A stretch of 64,000 bases of DNA, taken from positions 2,511,238 through 2,575,237 of the forward strand of contig CM119271.1 in NCBI GenBank assembly GCA_051294375.1, given 5' to 3'. The notes beneath the pieces were generated by a model that was given only the letters and a program-made list of their open reading frames with translations, had not been told where the DNA came from and did no database searches. Positions 14,232 through 27,192 of this stretch are shown piece after piece. Source of the DNA: Paraspadella gotoi. Its lineage: Eukaryota; Animalia; Chaetognatha. The stretch's first letter is position 1. Every line of letters begins with the position of its first letter. Made by a program: the position numbers and the translations under genes.

Positions 14232-17200
14232 NNNNNNNNNNNNNNNNNNNNNNNNNNNNNNNNNNNNNNNNNNNNNNNNNNNNNNNNNNNNNNNNNNNNN
14301 NNNNNNNNNNNNNNNNNNNNNNNNNNNNNNNATCGAAATAATAAGATTCCACTTTTACAAATTTAGATCCACATTTTTCCTATGCGCTTGCGACGATCCT
14401 ATTGCGTTTAAGAATTTTTTAGTCTTTTTTTAGTCATGTTTGATCCTTTCGTCATTACGTTAATACGTCATTTACGTCATTTTAGTCAAGTTTGGTCCTT
14501 TAGTGTCATTATGTCATTTTGGATCTTCTGTTTTGATGATTTTAATAAAAAAAGTGAAACGTTACTTATACGATACTACAAGAAAGTGTAACATTTATAA
14601 AAAAAACTTTTCAAAGACTAATTGTATGGTCAATGACTTAAAAAAAATCCTCTTCCGCTCCCTGCAGACGCGTCTTCGTCCACCCTACTTCGATCGCATC
14701 GTCGATGTCATCCCTACCTCTGGCACCTCACTCGCTCCCATCTCTCCTCTCCGCCTCGCCGCCTTTTACGCCCCTCTCCTCNNNNNNNNNNNNNNNNNNN
14801 NNNNNNATCATCAAGAAAACAAGATAAACTAGTTTTATACTTAACAAAATAAGAAAAAGTCATCTCGCCCGAAAAACTAGAGCGCCATCATAAACAAAAA
14901 AAAAGAAACAAAGCATCGATAATCTAAACGAATAGTAAACAGAAAATAGTAAAGTTAAAATAATGAAAAAAGATCTGCAATTTGGAAGAGAAAACGAGAA
15001 GGCACATGTCGGACGGTGATTTCTGACATTTGTCTGACTTCTCTCTCTTACGCTCAACCCGCGTTGATCTCTAGTCTTTTTTATTCGGCATTATTCTATT
15101 TACTTATTCCTTTTCTTCTTACTTTCTATTTCTTTATCTATTTCTGTTTGTTCTTTACGCATTCTAATTTGCTGTTCTCGTTAAGTCCGTTTGCGTTTCT
15201 CATTCTTATTATTTGTTCTATATAAGTTTCTACTTAACTTTCTATATAGTTGTATCATGCTCTATTATTAACAGTGTAGTTCTTTTTGACTCATCATCAT
15301 TATCTGTCATATGCTTCAGATTTCTCATCATGTTCTAGTCCTATCTTAAAGTCTATTGATCTCTTTGCCTTTTCTTTCTTCTCTGTTCTTATCTTCACTA
15401 CGTCTATCTGTCTTATCTTTCTTCTTGTCGTTCCTCGTCTTCTTTCTTTCTCTATCTTCCCAGCTCCTACACATAGCTCGCCCCCCCACAAAACCCCACT
15501 TACCCCCAGACCACAAACCTCTCCCACACTCCTGCCACCAACCCCCCACCGGCCTCCACACTTCCAAGCGCAAGTTCATTACCCCTCTGCCGCGCGATCT
15601 TAGATTAACATCCACTTTTGCTTTTCACTATCAATCTCCCTTTTAATTAAGAGAACCGAGAGAATTTACTTTTTTTTCTCTCTCTCCTCTCCCCGTTCTC
15701 CCTTCTTTACTCTTCTTTGTCTCCTTTTTCTTCTTCCCTCTTTTCTGTGCTTCTTCCCTCCCCATCCCCATCCTCCCGATTGCCCCCTCCTCTTATTTTT
15801 CTTTTGTTTCTTGTCTTCAATTATAAACCAAGATTAATTCACTCGTCGAATGCGTTTATCTCTCTCGACCTCTCCACCCTCTCTCTCTCTCTCTCTCTCC
15901 TTCTCTCTCTCTCTCTCCTCCTTCTCTCTCTCTAGTCTCTCGTCCTCTATCTCGTTGAAGCACAATGAAATTGCGCACCTTCCATTGGTTAGGACTATTA
16001 GTTCCCATGGTGTAGGAGCGTTTGCTTTCTAGGAAATTGAGATAATACGATAGTAACGTTTTGACGTCTCCGAGCTTATCTGGTGATAACACTAATTCTG
16101 CGATATTAGTCGCGCCAAGTTTTCGTCGTTAAATTACTTCGACTAAATATAGTCTATGACTAACAAATTACACATACGGTTCATAAAGCTCAAGGCGTAA
16201 AATGAACAAAATAAGCATATTTGAACCTAAAAATTACGCGTTTATATCAGATATAGTATGACAATGTATATTGTTCCCACGATGAATTATAAAGGCATAT
16301 TCTTGGTTCGTAAATTACACTATGGGTGTTGCAATCGAAATAAGTAAGATTCCACTTTTACAACTTTAGATCCACATTTTTTCCTATGCGCTTGCGACGA
16401 TCCTATTGCGTTAAGAATTTTTTAGTCTTTTTTTAGTCATGTTTGATCCTTTCGTCATACGTTAATAACGTCATTTACGTCATTTTAGTCAAGTTTGGTC
16501 CTTTAGTGTCATTATGTCATTTTGGATCTTCTGTTGATGATTTTAATAAAAAAAGTGAAACGTTACTTAAATACTACAAGAAAGTGTAACATTTATAAAA
16601 AAAACTTTCAAAGACTATTGTATGCAATGACTGAAAAAAATCCTCTTCGCTCCCTGCAGGACGCGTCTTCGTCTCCCGTACTTCGCATCGCATAGTCCGA
16701 TGTCATCCCACCTCTGGCACCTTCACTCGCTCCCATCTCTCCTCTCCGCCTCGCCGCCTTTTACGCCCCTCTCCTCCCCCGCCCCTACATCCGCCCGCGA
16801 GTAGCCTCGGCCTGAACGTCGCCTTCTTCGCTCTCTTCTCTCTCGGGTCTTCGATGTAAAGGCTCGTGCCGCCCAGGGCGCCGGATCGGGCCGCGCCGCC
16901 CCGTCGTTTCCGTCGTGGGCGCCGATCGGTCAAACCGCGGGTAAGTTTGATATACGAAATGTTTATTTAAGTGTTTTCTCCAATTGCTTTTATGACTGTC
17001 TTTGTTTGTTGTTCTTTGTTTTTTCTTTCTTTCTTTCTTTTTTCTTTTTTTCCACTTCTGTCTAATCAATAAGAAAATGTAATTGAATATGAATAACCCA
17101 AACCCCCAAAAAACGTGTATATTTCTCAACTTACGAATTATTTAATAGCTATGATAATAATTGAAAAAAAAATTGAGTAAAAAAAAATCCCAATCACACA

Positions 17201-19756
17201 TATTTTGTTTCTCTCGCCCTGAATGATGTGCATCGCAAGTCTGATCTCATTCTTATTTTTTATTTTTAACTTTTTTCTTAGAGACATTGAGTTTATTTTG
17301 ACAACGATTTATTAATTCAAAAACAGACATGTTTCGGCTTCATTTCAAGCCTTCAACAGCGTTAGTGACATTTGAAAATATTTTTGTGTAAAGAAGAGAA
17401 AAGAGATAAACAGAGAGAGAGAGATGAGGAAATTTTCCAACACAGAGTTTAGAAAGGACAGTGGTCAATTGGGGAGGACAGGCTGAGTTGAGAAAAAGAC
17501 AAAGTAAGTTGTGAAAGAGAAGTGAAATGGTGAAAAAAAAAAAAAAAGAAAAAGAAAAGAGAGAGAGGGGAGAGAGAAGAGATGGATTGAGGGGAGAAGA
17601 TGAGAGAGATGAGAGAGAGAAACAGTGCAAAACTTTTACATTGTGTAATGTATAACATAAAAAATTTTTAAACTGATGAATATTAGTCGTGAAGTTAAAT
17701 TAATCTACTTAATAATTAGTGAGAGTGAAAGGAATTTGAATTGAAAGGATTAAGATTTGAGGGATGAGTTGGAAGTAATAAAATGAAAATTGAGAAGCTA
17801 AGATAGAGCTTCAAAATGAGCTGCTTTTGTGTGAAAGGCAGAGAGAAAGAGAGATAAACAGAGAGAGAGAGAAGGGCAAAGTTTCCAACATAGGAGTTTA
17901 GAAAGGACAGTGGATCAATTGGTGAGGGACAGGCTGAAGATGAGAAAAGAGACTAGGAGTAAGTTGTGAAAAGACGTGAAATGGTGAAAAAAAAAAAAAA
18001 AAGAGGACGAGAGAGAGAGAGAGAGAGGAGAGAGAAAACTGTTTGCAAATCTTTACATGATGTAATGTATACCAAGGAAAAATTTTTAAACTATGAATAT
18101 TTAGTAAGTTATAACAATTAATCTACTTAATAATTATGAGAGGGAAACAGGAAATTTGGAAATTGAAAGGATCTAATCGTCCCAAACAACGAAAAGAAAG
18201 GATTTATATCACAACTTTTTTCTTAAATTATTTTTTATCTTTTCGTGTTTTGTCTTATTGAAGTTTTCTTTTCCTTGTGTGGTCTAAAGGGAATTTTTAT
18301 TTTCTTTCAATTTTTTTTATGGTCGAGATAAGTAAAAATTATTATTTTTTCTGATCGATTTTCGATCCTCGTGTTGTTCCTTTTTTTTTCTTCAAAATTT
18401 GATCCGAAAATGATCTTTGCTCTATTTCAGTCAGCTGTTTAGTAAAATAACTATAGTTACCAGTTACAGATAATAAATATTATTAAAAAAGAAATAAAAA
18501 TATTAATATTTTTAGTCGTCACAACGCGTAACTTTTTCTTGACCCAAAATAAACAAAAAACCTTCATCAAACTTGGAGTTACCTCATTAGTACATCAGAC
18601 GCATTTTCACAAACACCAGTTCACAATTGTAATAGTAATTATTATTGTTATTGTTGTTTCTCGATAAAGCTTTTTGTAACTAAACGCGATTTTAAGCGAT
18701 ATATCTCGATCGAAAAGCGATTTAAAGCGATTGTCCGTAGAGCGATATAAAGCGATCGCCATTCGTTCGAGAGAAAAATCGCTCCGGGCGGTAAACCTGG
18801 ATTCGGTCACGAAGCATCACGTAGAATCACAGAGAAATCACAGGCAGNNNNNNNNNNNNNNNNNNNNNNNNNNNNNNNNNNNNNNNNNNNNNNNNNNNNN
18901 NNNNNNNNNNNNNNNNNNNNNNNNNNNNNNNNNNNNNNNNNNNNNNNNNNNNNNNNNNNNNNNNNNNNNNNNNNNNNNNNNNNNNNNNNNNNNNNNNNNN
19001 NNNNNNNNNNNNNNNNNNNNNNNNNNNNNNNNATCTGCAGATCTAGATTTCTGTCTTTGATATTTCGACTTTTTAGATTTCACGGTGAGATAATAGAAAA
19101 AATAGCGGGTGAAGAATTGGGTCACTGATTGTGAATCTAGGGAGAGAGAGAGAGAGAGGGTAAGGAAATGAAACTGGTGGGGATAAAATGGTAAAGTCGG
19201 TGAGCAAGATGAGTCTACTGCATAAGATGTCAGATTATGATTCTGCTAGAGGCCTCGTTTAGGGACTATGGGCAATTTGGCAATTGGGCATTGGGCTATG
19301 GCGATAGTTAATGAGACTAATCATCCCGGCCAATTGTAGTCTTCATTTAAACTGAAATGCTAAGGAGACTTCGATCGAAACACACTCCCCCTGACTCCTA
19401 CCAAGGCGCCCTCCGGCTGGGTATTAGTGTAATGAACAAACTAATTTGATATTTCAATAAGAAATTATTAGGAAATATTTATCGCGGCGTGAAAACCGTA
19501 TATATGTAAGAAAATATTTTACTAAACCTGGAAATATCCGCCTTGAAAAGCGCATTATGCTGACATTAATATATTCCACAATCAAATGGCAAACGGCAGA
19601 GCGGCGACAATTATTTTAAAAAGCTACGACGACGGACGACGACGACGACAACAACGTCGACGACGATCGACAACCGTCGACGGCACGGGGAGCATTCGGC
19701 AGTTGCGCGGCTTCACGTGGCGGCATGAAAAGCCAGAGAGCAGAGAGAGAGAGACT

Positions 19757-19792
<36 letters not shown>

Positions 19793-22700
19793 ATCGAGAG
19801 ATAGAGAGAAATGAAGAGAGAGAGAGATAGATAGAGAGAAAGAAAAAAGGAGGGGGGGGAAACTATTTTTTTTTTTCCCCCGCCCAGAGCGCTGACCCAT
19901 CCCCGGAAACCTTCGAGCCGTCTGTTCGATCTCCGGATCTCCCGCCGACTAGGGTAAACAACTTCGAAAACTGGGCGGAGGGGAGGGTGTATTTGTAGAG
20001 GTTAGTAGGTGTAAAAGGGCTTCGATCGAAGCGCAATGCCGGCTGATGGCCTGCGGTTTAGCGGCGTCCGCAGGGGGCGGCGCCTGCGGCGCCTCAGTGG
20101 CGGTCACGAACGCACAAAAAGCCCAGATCTATTTTTGTTGTCTAAACCCCCAGTAACAGATGAGGACAAAAAAAGGAGAGAGGAGAAGAGGCGAGAAGAA
20201 GAAGAGAGACAGAGAGAGAGAGAAGGAGCAGAGAGCAGAGAGAGCATCATGCATTCCAGTTTTGTGGAACAATTCCGAGTTTTGCTCGACTTCTGCATAT
20301 TTTGATTTCGACGGAAATAAAAGAATTAAAACACTTATTTCTATCTCGTGCAAAAATCATCGCGCACAACAACCCAACGACAACAACAAAAATTAACACA
20401 ACGACACAACAACAACAACACCGTCGGAAAAGTTGTTCATATGAAGAAACTATCGTCCGTTCGAACAAAATCCAAAACAATGAGAACCGGTTCAACGAAT
20501 TAATTTCGATTTAAAACAAAGCTACGTAAAAACGTCCGACACCGCTATTATGCCAACAATGTACTGTTTAAGAATTGATAGGCATCTCACACTCTTGATT
20601 ACAACGAACTAGTTCATTTCCGATATCATCCCGCCTAAATTCTTCAAAGCGTCCCAACTAAAGATCAGATAAACACCTCCCTGAGGATTGTTCGCGTTTC
20701 GATTTGTGGAGGAGCTTGTAAGAGGTTGTGAATGCGTGCAAACCATTTCACAGCCCGGGGATACAAGGTCACCGGGCGAGAATAGAGCAGAGAGGAACGA
20801 TTTGGGCGGCTAGTTAAGAAGAGAGAAGAGAGCGGGGCAGGAAGAAGTACGCAAGATCCGGTCATTGAGCGCAGCGTGTTTAAAGCTTAGTGCAGCATTC
20901 GACAGGCTATTACTCTTTCTGGGCACGAGGATAATCAGAGGTTCACGATATTATAATTAACTAAACAAGGCGTAGATATGTCGAAAAAGGGGCTCGTCCA
21001 AGCAGACGCCGCTAGCGAGGCCGTGCGCCTCGAAAGGCGGGTCAGCCCAAAAAAAAGGGGCGGAAAGATAGTCGGGCCCACATAGTGAACCTAACCTCAT
21101 TAGAGGATGCGAAAGATCACCGGGAGCCAACGAGGCATCGAAGGAGCGGAGTTACTTATGTAGACCATTTTGGAAGGAATGTTGGAAAAGGGGAAGGGGG
21201 TAGAAGGGGAGATGGGTAGAAATGAGAGGGGGCAGGGGGACAGGGTGTTGAGTTAGGCACTAGGGGAAGAGGGGGCGGGAAGAAGTGAGATGTGGCAAGG
21301 CGACAAGGGGTCTGGTAGCTCCGGAGCTCGAAAGGGGTTCGTCCCTAAGCGAAGGGGAGAAGCGAATGGAGTCAGGGGGATGGGTCCTCTTCCAAGGGCT
21401 TGGTGATACTCCGGGGGAAGATAAGTGAGTCGGGGGCGTGGAGAAGTGAAGCGTACATAGGGTGAGGAAGTTTGGGCGGATGAAGTGAAGCGGGTCAGGG
21501 GATGGGTCTCATCCCGGGGGTCGCGTGACACCCTTAGCCGCTGGGAGGGGAGAGGTTAATGGGGTAGAAGATTTAAACGGGCAGGGGGTGTGGAGAAGTG
21601 AAGGGTACATGTGGTATTGGACCTCGCCGGTGGTGAGGCATAAAGCCAAAGAGAGGGCTCGCCCCGTTTTTACGGCCTCGTTAGCAGTTATCTCTTTTTC
21701 TGCTTCGAATCGACTTCCGCGCTGCAGACTCATTCGCCTTCGATGTCAGGTCTAATTATCGTCACGACGACGGGAAAAAAAATGAATGAAACGAACGATC
21801 GAGAAAAAACAACGACGATGACCACGATGACGACGACGACGATGACGACGTCGCAACGATATGAGTCGTCATGAACGGACGGACGGACGGACTTGGGGAG
21901 TTTAACGAAACGAAAGAGATAAACTCGATAAAAGAATATTACACAAAAATTTGAAGGATTTTTTTAAAAACAAAATTTTAGAAATTGTTTTTTTGTTATT
22001 AATGAACGTGAAAANNNNNNNNNNNNNNNNNNNNNNNNNNNNNNNNNNNNNNNNNNNNNNNNNNNNNNNNNNNNNNNNNNNNNNNNNNNNNNNNNNNNNN
22101 NNNNNNNNNNNNNNNNNNNNNNNNNNNNNNNNNNNNNNNNNNNNNNNNNNNNNNNNNNNNNNNNNNNNNNNNNNNNNNNNNNNNNNNNNNNNNNNNNNNN
22201 NNNNNNNNNNNNNNNNNNNNNNNNNNNNNNNNNNNNNNNNNNNNNNNNNNNNNNNNNNNNNNNNNNNNNNNNNNNNNNNNNNNNNNNNNNNNNNNNNNNN
22301 NGCTCTGTCAGCTCAAGTCAGGCCAACAGATTCGCCGTTTTATGAAATTTAATCCTCGTCTTAAATGTACAATGTACATTGAACAACGATCACACCTGGC
22401 ACGAAACCGACTTAAAAACTTTCTATTTAATCAGCATTCAACACCCCCGCTACTACAAGTCTACAACAACAACAAACAACAACAAAAACAACAACAACAA
22501 CAACAACTAAAACCACCCCAGCCTCTTAATTCGATTTAATGAGAAAAACAAAATTCGGAGTGGCGCAAATCATCCAAGAACAAAATCCAAAGAAATTCTT
22601 CATCCGTTATATTATAAACTTCTTCTCTTTTCTAATCGTCGCGAGGTTGTGATAATAAGATATGATGAATTTGGCAGAATTGTTTTTTATTTATGCTTTG

Positions 22701-25700
22701 TCTTTATTCCTAAGTTTCTGTGGTATAATATATATAGCTGGAAAAGGGAGTTGCGGCGGGCGGTTGAGTGGTGGGGTACACAGTTTATCAGAGGCAGACG
22801 CGAAGGAATGGGGTGCGGGGGAGGTGAAGGGTTCTTGGGCTCTTGACTAATCGAGTATATAGGAGTAAATTACGATTCGCTTGTCCGAGTCTGGAAATTT
22901 TTAATATCTCCCTGCGAAGTCCTTAATCAAAATGTTGTTCTATTTTTTTGACGCACTTTGCTAGTTCTTGTATGTTCGTCGGGTTATACGTCAATAATGT
23001 TTCTTTAAGGCGCTGTTTAGAGTAAGCTATATCCCGAGAAGGATGATGAGACAGTCAGTATAGAGATACATTTAAAAAGCCGAGCTTGATAGACGTATGG
23101 TTAAAAAAAAGTAAAGGTAAGCAGAAAGACAAATAAAATGTACTCGAGCAGCCATTCAAGGGAATGCATCAATATGAACTTACCTCCAAAGACAAAAAGA
23201 CAAAGACACCAAATTAGAAGTAAGAAGCGACGGAAAATATTATATAAAGAAAAAGAACCCAAAGAGAGAGAGAAAAGCTAAAGATGAAGGATAAAGTCAA
23301 GTAAGAGTTAAAAAAAAAAAGCAAGGAACTTTGGATCGTGCTCAGGTGATGATTTTGGTTTCTCTCTCTAGGTTTTTTTTCGTCGATTTTTTATAAAATG
23401 CACCAGAAGACGAGGTTAAGTTCCTGGCCGAAAACAAGAATGTTTTATCCAAAGCAGGGGTCTGATTATGAACACAAAGAACTGGGGTCAAGAACATTCG
23501 GCAGCATCAATGACATTGCATCAAACTAACAACTCATCAGCAGTCGTTCGTCGCTGTCGCTGCGTGCGAAGAGTTCCGTTACGCTACGGTCGATAAAGAG
23601 TACTCGTGTTATTAATATCATTATAATTACGTTTTGCCCACCGGCTTGTGTGTTATTCACACGATGGCAATGCGGCGGATGATATTCTCAATTTCCCGTC
23701 TCTCGTCTGCTGCTCTCATCTCTCTCCAGATCCGCTCCTCCCACAATCTCTCCGCTCGTGCTATGATGTTCCTCCGTCGACTTCCATGACTCCGCAGATC
23801 TCCTCCAACCCGAATGATGCAGAAGAGTGCGGTGGCGGAAGAGTCACGCGCGATATCTCTCTCCCCCTCGCGGCCTTTCCGTCGTTGTTATTGTTCCAGG
23901 GTTGCTCTAAGTTGTTTTGAAAAATAGTAAACCTCATCTTCTGTCCAGAGGCTGGTTTGGTCATGTGCCGCTCAATGTGCTCTCGACATGATCTCTCACT
24001 CCGGTCGATCTCGTCTCTGCGATACTTGTCCGGCTTCTCCACAAGATCCTTAGTGCATTCACATCCTTTTCCTCTGTGCTGAAGTCCAGTCGTGCCAACT
24101 ATCTCCGTCGGACGAATTAACATCCCAGTCGTCTCCTCCTGCATATTCAGAGTCTTGGAAATGCTGTATCTAACCGCATCTCTGCATCCCATGCGTCCGA
24201 AAGGAGTCCGTCCGTCCGGACTTTGGAGGAAATATAGCCTGCTCGCTCTCGGTTCTCTCTTTCGCGTCTCTGCCGTATCGAGTCAGATCCATTCTCATCG
24301 ACCGATGTATCGGGGATCAGCTCACTCGGTCCTCCTGTCCTCAGTCCTCATCTATACTTCTTCCTCGTCCTCCTGCTGGTCTTCTCATTCTCATTTTATC
24401 GTGCGCTCCGAGGAACTCGCATCGTCGTACTCCTTCGTTCTGCTCAAGGGATCATGAGTTCTTCTCGGCCAGGCGGGGGGTTAACGTCCGTCGTTCCTCC
24501 GGATCATCTCTTCAGCATCCATCTCTCACATTCCTCTCCCGGCCAGAATTCCTGTCTCTCGTTCTCGTCGGTGCTCTTCCTCTGCTTTCTCAAGCTTTCC
24601 CCCGCCCCCCCCTCCTGTGATAAAATGGCCATTATTGAAAGTTTAACTCTTATTTATCTTCCCCCGCTTCTTTCTTTCCTAATGTTCTCTCCTCTCTGCT
24701 CGTCTCTCTCTCGATCCGTCATAGTCTCGGTCCTCTTCTCTCTTGGCGCCTCACGGTGAGCTCTGCTTGCCGTCTCATCGTTCGCTTCCTCATCCTCCGC
24801 GTCATCCGTCTCTGCTCTCTCCATCTCTCCAGGTGCACTCCGATTCGCGACAGCGCTTCTCGTCAGCGGGATCCTCTCGCTCGCTTTTCCTCTCTCTCTC
24901 TCTCTTCTCCTCCTTTCTTCGCTCTCTCTCTTCTGTTTTTTGGCATGCCGGTCTCCATTTCCCTGCATTTGTTTTGACAACCAAAAAATTTCCCTCTTCT
25001 CGCTGAATTTTTTGGCCTTTTTAACCTCAAATTTTTTTCACCGCTTGGTGCCTCTCTGACTCATCGCCAACGATACATATTACCACCGATTTGGATTCAT
25101 CGCTTTTTTGTAGCGGGGGGAAAGAAGTATATATATCCCTATTCCTAGATGGACATAAATTAAGTAACAGAATAAAGTAGGAAGTTTGTTGATATTTTGA
25201 GTTTTTTGTCACTTATAAGTTGAGATTTTGTGAAGATTTTAATAATAGAAAAAACATGGGCTCATGAAATTCATAAAATAACCATTCATTCATTCAATAA
25301 GTAAACAATATAGTTCCTGAAGTCTTCACTCCTCTTAGTTTTAATAACATATCAAGACACTAAAAGCTTCAGTGTACCTGGCTTCCCTATCAATTAAATG
25401 GTATAAAATTGTTATAAAATGTTTTAATTTTATAAAAGAACCCTTCCCTTAAGTAATAAGGAAATAATTTTTTATATAACAAGTTTGTAAAAAGCTTTTT
25501 TAACAACATTTACTTCTTGCAATAACCTTCTTCTTATTTTCCTTTTTTTTTCCAGTCGCACAATCTCCTTTGGACAGATCCCGGCCTCTACACTCAGGAC
25601 AACATCTCTGCGGCCTTCGTGGCGGCGGCGTCGGGCGCCGGAGCTGCGTCGGCGGCTGCAGCGGCGTCGCCGGTTGCCGCGTCGCCAGCTGCGTCGGCGA

Positions 25701-25973
25701 ATCGAGGCGCCGACGTCGCCGAACCCGCGGCTCCCGTTGACAAGGAACTCCCCGTTTTCTTGGTAAGTTAAAGACAAGATGTTTTCGGAAAAGAACAGGA
25801 GAAGTTCATTTTACCTGGTTAATTTTCAAATCGACTGGGGAAACTGAATTTAATAATAAACATTGTTTAAAAACAATAACAAAAGCAGCTTCACTGAAGT
25901 TGTCGTCGTCGTCGTCGTTGTCGTCGTCGTCTTGTTTTTTCAAAACCCACTTCGTTGGCCGTCGTGAGGGAAG

Positions 25974-26008
<35 letters not shown>

Positions 26009-27153
26009 TTCCTTACCGCAGTTTTTCTCTCTTTTATTTATGTCCAGTTATTTTTCTTAGAATTCGTTTATTTGAGAGGCAGCGGTGGATTAGGCCGACT
26101 GTCAGTCGTTACTAAAACTGATAAGGATGTCGGATAATAACGCCCGTTCGTTCATGGATATTTTTATATTGACAAATTTGACAACACGTTTTTTAATAAT
26201 TTATTTCATTGAGTAAATGTGTTGATATTTGGCCACTTTAGACGGTCCGCATTCGAGCAAGTGCACTCGGAATTTAAATTCTTAATCTTTCGAAGGAAAT
26301 CTATCAATTTCCCGATAAAAATTATTGATTTGCATTTAATTCTCTCGCTCATTTTTTTTTTAAGAACAAGCTGTTGTGATCTCATCTTCCGTTTGGCTTC
26401 TACTTTTTCGTGAGGGATGAGAAACCTTATCGGCGACAATATGCTAATAGGTTTTTTGAACATGAATTTTTCTCAACGCTCTGGCATCGGCTAATATTTC
26501 ACACCAGCGAAACTTGGTACTTTACGCAAGCCTTTAATTTAAGCAAGGATGTTTTCGTCGTCGCCGTCATCGTCGGCTGCAGCGTCGGCGGCGGCGAAGG
26601 CGGCGGCGGCCGTTTCGGCAGTTCAAGGATTCCCCTTAAGGCTCCGCCTGTGATGAAGTTCCGGAGGGGGTAGAAGGGGGGGGGGGTTGAGAGGGAGAAG
26701 TGAAAGAGGGAGACGAAGAAAGCGAGGAAGATTGGTAGGAAAAGAGGGAGCGAGGAAGGGGGAACTGGTAGCAGTTACTGGGAAGGAGAATAGGAAAATA
26801 GGATGAGGAAGAATGAAAGATAAAAGGAGAGGAATAGATGAGGAGGTTTTAATATAGAGAAGAAAAGAATAAGAGAAGATGATTCGAAACAAAAAGGAAA
26901 AAAGAATCTAAATATAGCTCATTTCTCCCCCTCTCCCTCCTCTCATCTTTTCCCTCTCTTCATCCTTTCCCGACTCCCTCTCTATCTCGCCTTTTTCTTC
27001 CATCGCCACGGGAGGGCGTGACTCGGGAGATGGCGCTCGGGATTTGGCCCTCGCCTTCCGGCATCCAGAGTCTTTGGCGGCGAATGAGAAGCGAATAAAA
27101 AGATGGCGGAGACCCGGAGGGCCTCTTTTCTCTCTCTCTCTACTCTCTTCTCT

Positions 27154-27192
<39 letters not shown>

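Noticed and set aside
19369-20032. CTTCGATCGAA at both ends suggesting diverged TIRs
   Set aside because: The motif is itself palindromic, similarity beyond it is weak, and no TSD is evident.
20600-24980. ORFs in the 20.6-21.7 kb and 23.6-25.0 kb segments
   Set aside because: Noisy purine- or pyrimidine-biased sequence with no recognisable motifs or exon boundaries.
26548-26630. GC-rich DVFVVAVIVGCSVGGG island as a possible TM exon
   Set aside because: It is in the wrong position (inside the Ig1 intron), has no good donor, and the hydrophobic run is too short.
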